Of a stretch of DNA of 64,000 nt, positions 28,654 to 36,968 are shown piece by piece. The stretch lies in assembly GCA_011816565.1 (NCBI GenBank), contig GCA_011816565.1_3614.1; one strand, 5' to 3'. The first letter of the stretch is position 1; each line of letters begins with the position of its first letter. A model generated the notes under the pieces. That model saw only the letters and a list, made by a program, of their open reading frames with translations. It had not been told where the DNA came from and ran no database searches. A program made the translations under genes and the position numbers. The stretch comes from a phage.

Positions 28654-30632
28654 TTGTAAACAGTAATGAAACTAAAGCAGTGCTAACCGGAAATATGGAG
28701 GTCACCAGGGGCTCAATTTCTCTGAACAAAGAGACTTTTGGGCTAATCATTAAAGGGATTTACGAAGATAAGGTGCTGGCAAGCTGCCGTGAACCAATCT
28801 TCAACGCTGTAGACTCCCATGTTGAGTCTGGACGGGGTGATGTACCGATCATCATTCACTCTCCTACAGACCTTGAACCATACTTCTTTGTGCAGGACGT
28901 TGGATTGGGCATGTCAGAAGAGATGGTCCGCAACACGTTCATGAACCTTGGAGAGTCAACCAAGCGCAACAGTAACGCTCTGGTAGGTAATAAAGGTGTT
29001 GGTTCAAAGGCTCCGTTCAGCATGGTGGACACTTTCGATGTTATCAGTGTGCACAATGGTGTTGAAAGCACATATCTATTGTTCTTGGATCAGGGTATCC
29101 CAAACGTTACCAAGATCCGCGAGCGGAAGACTGAAGAGCACAACGGGGTAAAAGTTCAGTTTCATGTTAAGAAAGAGCATGTCCTGAAATATCGCACTGC
29201 TATTGCATCGTGCTTACGCTATGCGAAGTTTCCGTTCACCGTCACCGATCCCATGACCAGTAAGATGTTAGAAGGTGACAAGGTTGAGGCACAGTATCAT
29301 TACGAGAAGGATGGCTGGAAAATGACCATCCTGAAAGGTTATACCAGTTCTGATGAGAGCCGTGTTGTGATGGGTCACCAACCTTACCGCTCTAAGTTCC
29401 TGGAGACATTGACCGATTACCCTGCAATCTGCGTGGAAATTCCTATCGGGGATTGCAATATTAACCCTGGGCGTGAATGGACCATTGAGGGCCATGACGA
29501 CGGTGGATTCCAGGATCGCCTGGAGGCCTTTGTTAAAGAAGGTATACGTCTTCGCGGGGCAGAAGTTGTTGCAGAACTGGAGACGGCAAAAACCTCAGCA
29601 GAAGCACGTGAAATGATGAAGAATAGTGGGGTGTTCGGACACATCTTCGGCAAAAACTTTATGTGGAACCGTTGGGAAGAAACAGGGCTTGGCGACTTAG
29701 GCGATTGTGAAATTTTCGCTGGCGGCTTAAATAAAGGCCGCATAGGCTATGCTCGTTACGGAAAGTCGGAGTTCTTACGAGGTGTATACCTTGTATTTAA
29801 CGACGGAGACGGCAAATATAACCGAAATAAGTGTAACTACTTAAGCGAGATCACCGGACGCAACGTTTTCTATTGCCGTAACACGGATCTGGTGGAAGAG
29901 TTTAAAGAAGCGGCACACCACCCGTTCTTTGCAGATACGGTCAAATTGTTATCAGAGCTCCCTCGCCGACCTGCGAAGAAAGGTGAAACAAAAACTCATT
30001 ACGAGCCAGGTTATTGGGTTAAAAAGCTTGAGAAGGATGGTTACTTCCGTCGTGAACGTATTACTAAGGCAGAGTTCAAGAAGATTAAGCACTGCATTCC
30101 TTATGAGGGTGATATCCAACGTGGAAGTTGTTGGCTGGGACAGCTGAGTAACATCTACCAGCAAAATTATGACCGTGTGCGTGCGGCACTCCAGATTCCT
30201 GAAGGGGAAGACCTGTACCTGGTATCAGAATCCCGTCTGCTTTGGACTAATCCTGATTGCCAGTATGTTACAGAGAAAAATGTGGAACATTTGTTGAAAG
30301 AGGACGCCTGGAAATTCTTACTGACTCGCGCAGCAAATGAAACTTCATATGACAGCCTGTATAGACAATTAGGGAAAATTATCCCCATGCAGGATTTTGG
30401 AAATTATCGGCCACATTTCCACAAGTGGGAAGGTAACACCGCGTGGAAGCACAGTGAGCTAAATCATCGTGCCAAAATCTTAATCGCCAACCGGGTTAAG
30501 TGCGGGAAGGCCTATATTGCAAGATTGGAAAAGAAATATCCACTTTTGAAGCATGTGGGCTTGAAATATTGGGACACTCCTGCTATGATTGAATACCGTG
30601 AACTGATCGATACAAAGAATAACATCAAATAA
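28650..30632 (+). CDS. rIIA: rIIA-like protein (GHKL/Bergerat-fold ATPase domain)
   Basis: N-box (EPIFNAVDSH), D-x-G-x-G (DVGLGM) and G2 box (GNKGVGSKAPFSMVDTF) match the ATPase domain of T4 rIIA as recalled; followed by an rIIB-like gene. No TOPRIM, so not a topoisomerase subunit. Confidence 0.55.
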   Translation: MIVNSNETKAVLTGNMEVTRGSISLNKETFGLIIKGIYEDKVLASCREPIFNAVDSHVESGRGDVPIIIHSPTDLEPYFFVQDVGLGMSEEMVRNTFMNLGESTKRNSNALVGNKGVGSKAPFSMVDTFDVISVHNGVESTYLLFLDQGIPNVTKIRERKTEEHNGVKVQFHVKKEHVLKYRTAIASCLRYAKFPFTVTDPMTSKMLEGDKVEAQYHYEKDGWKMTILKGYTSSDESRVVMGHQPYRSKFLETLTDYPAICVEIPIGDCNINPGREWTIEGHDDGGFQDRLEAFVKEGIRLRGAEVVAELETAKTSAEAREMMKNSGVFGHIFGKNFMWNRWEETGLGDLGDCEIFAGGLNKGRIGYARYGKSEFLRGVYLVFNDGDGKYNRNKCNYLSEITGRNVFYCRNTDLVEEFKEAAHHPFFADTVKLLSELPRRPAKKGETKTHYEPGYWVKKLEKDGYFRRERITKAEFKKIKHCIPYEGDIQRGSCWLGQLSNIYQQNYDRVRAALQIPEGEDLYLVSESRLLWTNPDCQYVTEKNVEHLLKEDAWKFLLTRAANETSYDSLYRQLGKIIPMQDFGNYRPHFHKWEGNTAWKHSELNHRAKILIANRVKCGKAYIARLEKKYPLLKHVGLKYWDTPAMIEYRELIDTKNNIK

Positions 30633-30642
30633 GGAGACCAAG

Positions 30643-31848
30643 ATGATTTTCATCTACGAACATTTCAAAACTCGTAAAGAAGCACGTGACCGCCGTGCAG
30701 AACTTGAGAAGAAGGGTTTCACATGTGCCATTGAGAAAGGCGACACAACCTGGACACTGGCAGTTGGTGCCCCAGAGTTGTTCGATCCTGACCGTGACAG
30801 CGTCTGCTACACCCGTGAGGATTTTGAAACCCGTGAAGAGGCCCGTTTATTTAGATATGGGCTGGAAGATAACGGTAAGTACGCCATGATCTTAGACTTA
30901 GGCGAAGGTTCCGTTAAACGTTGGGGCGTGGTATACCCACTGTGTGTTGTTCACGGTGTGGGGTTTACTGGGGTAGCAATCAAGTCAGAAGAACCTTTAG
31001 TAGAAGTCAAAGATCCGGTGCTGGAAGTGGTGAGCAGTGTGTCTCAGCAACAGACTCGAAGCATCGAGCCTTTGGTAGTTATTTGCGGGGAACTCCTCCA
31101 GATCACCTGCAACGAAGGAATTTTTGAAATTCGCCGCAGCGAAAGTGAGGAAGTTTACCAGAAAGTCTTCGACCATATCTCTGTTCAGGAATATGATGAG
31201 GCAATTGGTGAAATCCTTGTCTGGCTGGAACGCAAGAGTGAGTTCACCACACTTGCAGACAACCTGATCATGAAAGATGGTAAGCTCTACTACTACGGTG
31301 TAGAGATGCGATCCACCATTGCAAAGAAAATTGAGAAAGATTATGCAGACGGAACGCTGGATGACCGCTATGTGAAATTCCTCGTTCGCCTGCTACGCAA
31401 TCCTTCTGCAAAATCTGTAAACATGCTCTACGATTTTATGCAGGCCAATGATATTCAGATTGCAGAAGATGGTCGAATCATTTGCTACAAAGGGGTTCAG
31501 TTTAACGGCAGCAAGTGGGTGGATTGGCACAGTGGTAAAGTCCCACAATACCAAGGTGCTTTTGTATCCATGCCTCGTAACTTTGTAGAGGATGATCCTG
31601 AAGCTGCGTGCTCCTATGGCTTACACTGCGCCAGCAAAGAGTATGCAAAGAGCTACGGCACTGTAATGACTGTCATGGTTGACCCTGCAGATGTAGTTAG
31701 TGTGCCATATCAACACAATAGCGCTAAGTGCCGTGCATGCCGCTATGAGATTGTGGTAGCTCCGGAAGCACGCAAAGATGGAGACCCTATTGAATATGTA
31801 GTTGATCGTGACGGTAACACTATCGACATTCTTTACGAGGAGGCGTAA
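30643..31848 (+). CDS. rIIB: rIIB-like protein
   Basis: 401 aa directly downstream of rIIA-like gene; segment FLVRLLRNPSAKSVNMLYDFMQANDIQIAEDG resembles the conserved rIIB core (from memory). Confidence 0.5.
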   Translation: MIFIYEHFKTRKEARDRRAELEKKGFTCAIEKGDTTWTLAVGAPELFDPDRDSVCYTREDFETREEARLFRYGLEDNGKYAMILDLGEGSVKRWGVVYPLCVVHGVGFTGVAIKSEEPLVEVKDPVLEVVSSVSQQQTRSIEPLVVICGELLQITCNEGIFEIRRSESEEVYQKVFDHISVQEYDEAIGEILVWLERKSEFTTLADNLIMKDGKLYYYGVEMRSTIAKKIEKDYADGTLDDRYVKFLVRLLRNPSAKSVNMLYDFMQANDIQIAEDGRIICYKGVQFNGSKWVDWHSGKVPQYQGAFVSMPRNFVEDDPEAACSYGLHCASKEYAKSYGTVMTVMVDPADVVSVPYQHNSAKCRACRYEIVVAPEARKDGDPIEYVVDRDGNTIDILYEEA

Positions 31849-33218
31849 TGGAAAAAGGGCAGTATGATGTAGGCACAGATGCTGCCCTCGTTGCAATCAT
31901 GAGCGGTGAGAATGTCTTCGTTTCAGGACCTGCAGGTTGTGGGAAGACGTATCTCATCAACATGATCCAGTCAATGTATGGAGACTCTTGCATAACGGTT
32001 GCCCCGACAGGGGTAGCCGCTTTAAACGTTAATGGAGCAACAGCACACCGAACCTTCGATCTTGCAGCAGGTGTGAGCATGGAGTCAGACTGGACCGCAA
32101 TAAGGGCAAAAACAGCAAAGCCTTTGAAAAGCAAGGCATTTACCATCCTAATTATCGATGAAATCTCTATGATCCGTGCTGATAAGTTTATAGAGATGGA
32201 TAGGAAACTTCGCTTCCTTCGAAAAAATGACAAACCTTTCGGAGGCATACAGGTCATATTGTTTGGCGATTTTTACCAGGCACCTCCTGTTGTCTCTTCT
32301 ATGGAGAAGGAGGCCTACTTCAACTTCTACCACACAGACCTATGTTGCTATACCGAATCTTGGAAAGAGCTGGACCTTCACAACATAGCCCTAATAGACC
32401 AGTTCCGACAGGAGTCTATTCGATTTGCCACAATGCTCAACTGTGTTCGTGAGGGTCGTCGCATAAAAGAGGTTGTAGCAGAACTTAATGCTCGCTGTTA
32501 CAAAGGCGGTGTACCAACAGACGCTCTCACAATTTGCGCCACCAACAAACAAGCAGAGGAAGTGAACAGAAGGTTCTATGATGCCATCAACGCCCCAGAG
32601 AAGGTATACACTGGTGAAATGAAGGGTAAGTTTCCCTCCACCCTGCCAGTTGAGCAGGAGATGAAGTTGAAAATTGGCATGAAAGTTATGATAACCGCCA
32701 ACGATGTTGACCCGACGCACAAAGTACCTTATTATGTTAACGGAACACGTGCCACAATTGTTAAATTTAAGAACAAGGCGGTGGTGGTAGAGCTTGAAGA
32801 TGGAACACAGGTTGACATAGAGCAGAGGTTGTGGGAAAATAACGAGTATAAGCCATCTCAGAGATACAACATTGCAGAAAGGAAGATGGAGAAGTTTATA
32901 GAGAGGGTAGTGATTGGGTCATACAGGCAACTCCCTCTGAAATCTGGGTATGCCGTAACATCTCATAAAAGTCAAGGACTTACGCTAGATTGTTACAACC
33001 TGGACCTTGGAAAGAACGGAGCTTTCTCTCCTGGGATGACGTATGTTGCTTTGAGTCGGGTTAAGACAATACAAGGAATAAACTTGTTGCGTCCACTAAG
33101 AGAAGTTGACATTATTGTTGACCCGCGAGTCGTAGAGTTTTACAATACAACATTCCCTGACTTAGACAAAATTGTCAGGAAAGATTTTGAAACCAGAGCC
33201 GAAGAGGGGGACGTATGA
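31848..33218 (+). CDS. dda: Dda-like SF1B DNA helicase
   Basis: Walker A (GPAGCGKT), motif Ia (APTGVAA), Walker B (ILIIDEISM), GDFYQAPPV, motif V/VI (YAVTSHKSQGLT; YVALSRVK). Confidence 0.65.
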   Translation: MEKGQYDVGTDAALVAIMSGENVFVSGPAGCGKTYLINMIQSMYGDSCITVAPTGVAALNVNGATAHRTFDLAAGVSMESDWTAIRAKTAKPLKSKAFTILIIDEISMIRADKFIEMDRKLRFLRKNDKPFGGIQVILFGDFYQAPPVVSSMEKEAYFNFYHTDLCCYTESWKELDLHNIALIDQFRQESIRFATMLNCVREGRRIKEVVAELNARCYKGGVPTDALTICATNKQAEEVNRRFYDAINAPEKVYTGEMKGKFPSTLPVEQEMKLKIGMKVMITANDVDPTHKVPYYVNGTRATIVKFKNKAVVVELEDGTQVDIEQRLWENNEYKPSQRYNIAERKMEKFIERVVIGSYRQLPLKSGYAVTSHKSQGLTLDCYNLDLGKNGAFSPGMTYVALSRVKTIQGINLLRPLREVDIIVDPRVVEFYNTTFPDLDKIVRKDFETRAEEGDV

Positions 33219-33556
33219 GTTTGTGGAGAAATATAGTTAACTACGTGTGTGGCAATCCAACTCCTGAAGAGAAGGATGTTGTGATTCACGATTTTACTAA
33301 AAGATCCCGTGAAAAAGATCTACTGTTAACAAAGGTGACTGATAAAGACCCTGCAGTAGGGGACTGGGCAGGTTTTGCGTTTACATCGGACAAATACACC
33401 TTTAACAAAGGTGACTACCTTGTTGTGGATTTTAACGAAGACATTGAGGGTGCTGAACCTTACTATCAGACCCTTATTGTTGCAGGGTGTGTTAATCTAT
33501 CTGCAGGCATGCACAGTTTGATTCTTTTTGAGCTTGACTCTGAAGACCTTGAGTAG
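33215..33556 (+). CDS. hypothetical protein
   Basis: 113-aa ORF overlapping the helicase stop by 4 nt. Confidence 0.45.
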   Translation: MSLWRNIVNYVCGNPTPEEKDVVIHDFTKRSREKDLLLTKVTDKDPAVGDWAGFAFTSDKYTFNKGDYLVVDFNEDIEGAEPYYQTLIVAGCVNLSAGMHSLILFELDSEDLE

Positions 33557-33617
33557 TAAGATGTGAGTATAAAGGGGAGGCCTCCTCCCCACAAAAAACT
33601 AAGGAGAGCACCAAACG

Positions 33618-34943
33618 ATGAGCAAAACCAAATTAGAACTTACCTGGATAGGTAAAAACGAGCGCAAAAAGTTAGAGCCACACATTTTGTTAGAAGATTC
33701 TAGCAAATCTTACCACAGCCAGAAAGTGACCGAAAACGATATTTTTGATAATAAACTGATTTTTGGAGATAACTTATTAGCATTGAAGGCGCTAGAGCAA
33801 GAGTATGCAGGCAAAGTGAAGTGTGTTTACATAGACCCACCATTCAATACCGGGAGGGCTTTTGAGCATTACGATGATAGCCTGGAGCATTCCATTTGGC
33901 TGGGCTTAATGAGGGATAGGTTAGAAATAATTCGTAATCTTCTAAGTGATGATGGGGTAATATTCGTTCACTTAGATGATTGCGAAATGGCGTATTTAAA
34001 AGTTTTGATGGACGAGATTTTTGGTCGTGCAAATCAGTTAAATACCATATCGATGACCACAAATTCCCCTTCGGGATTTAAGGCAACAGGAGCCACAGTT
34101 TTCTCCACAGCAAACTTTTTGCTTGTATATGCAAAAGATCGCACCCAGAAACCGCTTAACAAAATCTATATACCTAAAGGGTATGATACAGGATATAACA
34201 AATACCTATTAAACCCGGATGACCATTATAAAAATTGGACGTGGTGCGGTATTGCCGATGCGTTTGCAAAGGCCAATGGCTATAAAGATGCAAAAGAAGC
34301 CAAGAAAAAACTGCCTGATACATTCGATGATGAATTAGCACAATTCGCAATTGATAATGCAGAACGTGTATTTCAATCTGTTGCAATTGGTGGTGGTGCT
34401 AAAATAAAGAGAAAAGAAACTATCGAGAAGTCAAAGAAAGATAGGGATAAGGTTTATGTACATCCAAATGAGGATGTTGAAGGATTTTATATCGCAAATG
34501 GTAGGCAAATGGTCTTTTACTCCAATAGGCTTTTGGAAATTGACGGTGAGATGCAACCTGCGGAACTAATAACTGATGTTTGGACAGACATTAGTTGGAA
34601 TGGAATAGCAAATGAAGGCGGCGTTAGTTTCAAAAATGGGAAAAAACCAGAAGCGCTTTTGAAGCGGATTTTCGAAATGTGCACGCGAGAAGGCGATTTG
34701 GTATTGGATTCATTCGGTGGTTCGGGAACTACTGCTGCTGTAGCTCACAAGATGAAAAGACGTTGGATCTCAATCGAGCTAGGTGATCATTGTCATACCC
34801 ATATTATTCCGCGCTTGGAAAAAGTGATCGATGGTGAAGATCAAGGGGGTATTTCTAAGTCTGTAAACTGGCAAGGTGGTGGTGGCTTCCGCTATTACAA
34901 ACTTACTCCGACCTTAATTACGAAAGATAAGTCTGATCAATAA
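33618..34943 (+). CDS. DNA methyltransferase (N6-adenine/N4-cytosine class, type III Mod-like)
   Basis: Catalytic motif IV (VYIDPPFNTG) precedes SAM-binding motif I (DSFGGSGTT); strong RBS (AAGGAGAG). Confidence 0.65.
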   Translation: MSKTKLELTWIGKNERKKLEPHILLEDSSKSYHSQKVTENDIFDNKLIFGDNLLALKALEQEYAGKVKCVYIDPPFNTGRAFEHYDDSLEHSIWLGLMRDRLEIIRNLLSDDGVIFVHLDDCEMAYLKVLMDEIFGRANQLNTISMTTNSPSGFKATGATVFSTANFLLVYAKDRTQKPLNKIYIPKGYDTGYNKYLLNPDDHYKNWTWCGIADAFAKANGYKDAKEAKKKLPDTFDDELAQFAIDNAERVFQSVAIGGGAKIKRKETIEKSKKDRDKVYVHPNEDVEGFYIANGRQMVFYSNRLLEIDGEMQPAELITDVWTDISWNGIANEGGVSFKNGKKPEALLKRIFEMCTREGDLVLDSFGGSGTTAAVAHKMKRRWISIELGDHCHTHIIPRLEKVIDGEDQGGISKSVNWQGGGGFRYYKLTPTLITKDKSDQ

Positions 34944-34956
34944 AGAGTACAATCAA

Positions 34957-35262
34957 ATGATGAAACGTTATAAACCATACACTTTTGAAATCGATTTCGA
35001 ACTAGACGATATGTTCACTGTGGAAGCTCAGGCAGTTGTCCAGTTGCCAGACCCAGAGTGCCGTGATTCTGATGTTGACTATTATGGATTTAGACAGATC
35101 ACTGATGTGCATGTTTACCACAACGGTGAAGAGGTGGACTTCCACAAACTGCCAAACGATATGCGCCACTCAATTTACAAACGTGCAGCCCGTGAACTAG
35201 AGTCCTATCTTGATGCAGCGACGACAGCAGCTGCATTTGCCGAAGAAGTGGGAGGTTTCTGA
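34957..35262 (+). CDS. hypothetical protein
   Basis: 101-aa ORF after the methyltransferase. Confidence 0.45.
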   Translation: MMKRYKPYTFEIDFELDDMFTVEAQAVVQLPDPECRDSDVDYYGFRQITDVHVYHNGEEVDFHKLPNDMRHSIYKRAARELESYLDAATTAAAFAEEVGGF

Positions 35263-35657
35263 TGATTACAGATGTGAAGATTGTCCAATACCACTTAACC
35301 AAGTTGGAAGATGCTGAGAAAGAGCTTGCAGAAGTTCTGAATAGTGGATATACTTTGCTATCATGCGCCTGCTCAGACACCTACGCTGTGTGGACACTTA
35401 TCAGGAAGGAAGAGCCTGCAGGGATCTTGGTGCCAAACCCTAAGATTATTAGTGAGGTGGATGACTACCCCCAGGACGGCCTGCCAGAAGGCTGGGAAGT
35501 ATGGGAAGGTGGTGAAAACCCTGCACCAGGTAAGTGGGTAAAATACAAACTACGTAGTGGTGCACAGTACGCTGACTACTCTGATGACCTAGACTGGAGT
35601 CATTCTTCACCAGGATCATCTGCAAGTTCATATGATATCGTTGCTTTTCAGGAATAA
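35262..35657 (+). CDS. hypothetical protein
   Basis: 131 aa; start overlaps upstream stop. Confidence 0.45.
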   Translation: MITDVKIVQYHLTKLEDAEKELAEVLNSGYTLLSCACSDTYAVWTLIRKEEPAGILVPNPKIISEVDDYPQDGLPEGWEVWEGGENPAPGKWVKYKLRSGAQYADYSDDLDWSHSSPGSSASSYDIVAFQE

Positions 35658-35669
35658 GGAGAGGGTATT

Positions 35670-36152
35670 ATGTCAGATTTTATGTGGAAAGTAGGTTACG
35701 CAGCTCCTGAAATGTGTGAGGCTTGCTTTGTGAAAATAGGCCGCGAGGATATCGACAAAGTGATCCTTAAGTTTCGTGATGTGGCTGTGATCGGCAACCG
35801 AGTGCTTAAGCACTTAAAGAATCTGAAGCTCACCAAAAAGAAATTCTTCGGACTTTTCGAAGAGAAAGTTGATGCTTGGACCCATTGCATTCAGGAAGCT
35901 AAATCTCACTACAGTGCTATCGTTACCCCAGAACGGGTAGCCAAGATGGAAGGACTCATCAACAGCACAGAGTTTGAGTGTCTGAAAGCTGCACTCGATA
36001 GTTATCCGAAATGCCTCAAGCACTTGGACAAGTATGTAGAAAAGGATGGGGAAATGTATCTCACCCTGGACGCATATTATGAGATGCAAGAAATTTTAAA
36101 TTTAGATTTGACATTGGTATCCACCGAGTATACAATAGGTATCCGGGTTTAA
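35670..36152 (+). CDS. hypothetical protein
   Basis: 160 aa with RBS (AAGGAGAGGG); followed by terminator. Confidence 0.5.
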   Translation: MSDFMWKVGYAAPEMCEACFVKIGREDIDKVILKFRDVAVIGNRVLKHLKNLKLTKKKFFGLFEEKVDAWTHCIQEAKSHYSAIVTPERVAKMEGLINSTEFECLKAALDSYPKCLKHLDKYVEKDGEMYLTLDAYYEMQEILNLDLTLVSTEYTIGIRV

Positions 36153-36158
36153 CACTAG

Positions 36159-36186
36159 GCCCTGCCCGAAAGGGTGGGGCTTTTTG
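36159..36186 (+). terminator. rho-independent terminator
   Basis: GCCCTGCCC-GAAA-GGGTGGGGC hairpin plus TTTTT; identical hairpin recurs at 47697. Confidence 0.55.
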
Positions 36187-36203
36187 CATTAGGAGACAGC
36201 AAA

Positions 36204-36968
36204 TTGAAATTTATCTACAAAGAACACTACCACAAAGGTGTTGTGTGGAGTCTATTTGACGGGTCTGGTGGTGCAGTCATTGACTGGGCAAAAGCTGGGT
36301 ACCTGTGCCTGTGCTTTAATGCAGAAGGCGCTGATCACGGCAGTTATGCAGAGGTGATCACCGATCATCCCAACATTCACTATGTGGACTATTGGATTGA
36401 CCCGTGGTTCCCTCAGGAAACTTTTTGCATGTATCCGGCTCCAGATTTTATTCTTGCATTTCCTCCGTGCACGCATTTAGCGGTATCAGGTGCTGCACAT
36501 TTTAAGAAAAAGCTGGCTAAGGATCCTTTGATCCAAATTAATGCTGTAAAGGATGCTCGGGTTGCGGAAGAGCTGGGAGAGATTTACGATTGCCCGTGGC
36601 ATGTAGAGAATCCTGTTGGTGTTATGTCCACACTGTGGCGCAAACCTGATTACCGTTTTCATCCTTCTGACTATGGCGGGTATTTACCGGAGGATGATGT
36701 AAACCCCTGGTTTCCTGAATTTATAGCTCCACGTGATGCCTATCCAAAAATAACTTGCGGCTGGATAGGTAATGGATTTATAATCCCGGCCACAAAACCT
36801 GTCCAGCAAATAGTTGACGCGGTTAGCGGGTATTCCATGCAACACGCCAAGCTGGGTGGAAAGAGTGCAAGAACGAAGATGATCCGAAGCCTCACACCAC
36901 GTGGCTGGGCAAAAGCCGTATTCTTAGCAAACGAGCCTGCAGTAAGGAGCAGAATTAATGGGAAGTAA
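36204..36968 (+). CDS. C5-cytosine methyltransferase-like protein (start uncertain)
   Basis: Motif I-like (LFDGSGG), Pro-Cys motif IV-like (FPPCTHLA, T in place of the usual Q) and ENV-like motif VI (HVENPVGV). Track start 36174 (GTG) lies inside the terminator hairpin; TTG at 36204 follows AGGAGA. No ATG available. Confidence 0.4.
   Translation: MKFIYKEHYHKGVVWSLFDGSGGAVIDWAKAGYLCLCFNAEGADHGSYAEVITDHPNIHYVDYWIDPWFPQETFCMYPAPDFILAFPPCTHLAVSGAAHFKKKLAKDPLIQINAVKDARVAEELGEIYDCPWHVENPVGVMSTLWRKPDYRFHPSDYGGYLPEDDVNPWFPEFIAPRDAYPKITCGWIGNGFIIPATKPVQQIVDAVSGYSMQHAKLGGKSARTKMIRSLTPRGWAKAVFLANEPAVRSRINGK

Noticed and set aside
28650-30632. Type II topoisomerase ATPase subunit (GyrB/T4 gp39-like)
   Set aside because: GHKL motifs are present but there is no TOPRIM or breakage-reunion partner; motifs and the downstream rIIB-like gene fit rIIA better.
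36174-36203. GTG start at 36174 for the C5-methyltransferase-like gene
   Set aside because: This codon lies inside the stem of the upstream terminator hairpin; the TTG at 36204 behind AGGAGA is more plausible, though the start remains uncertain.
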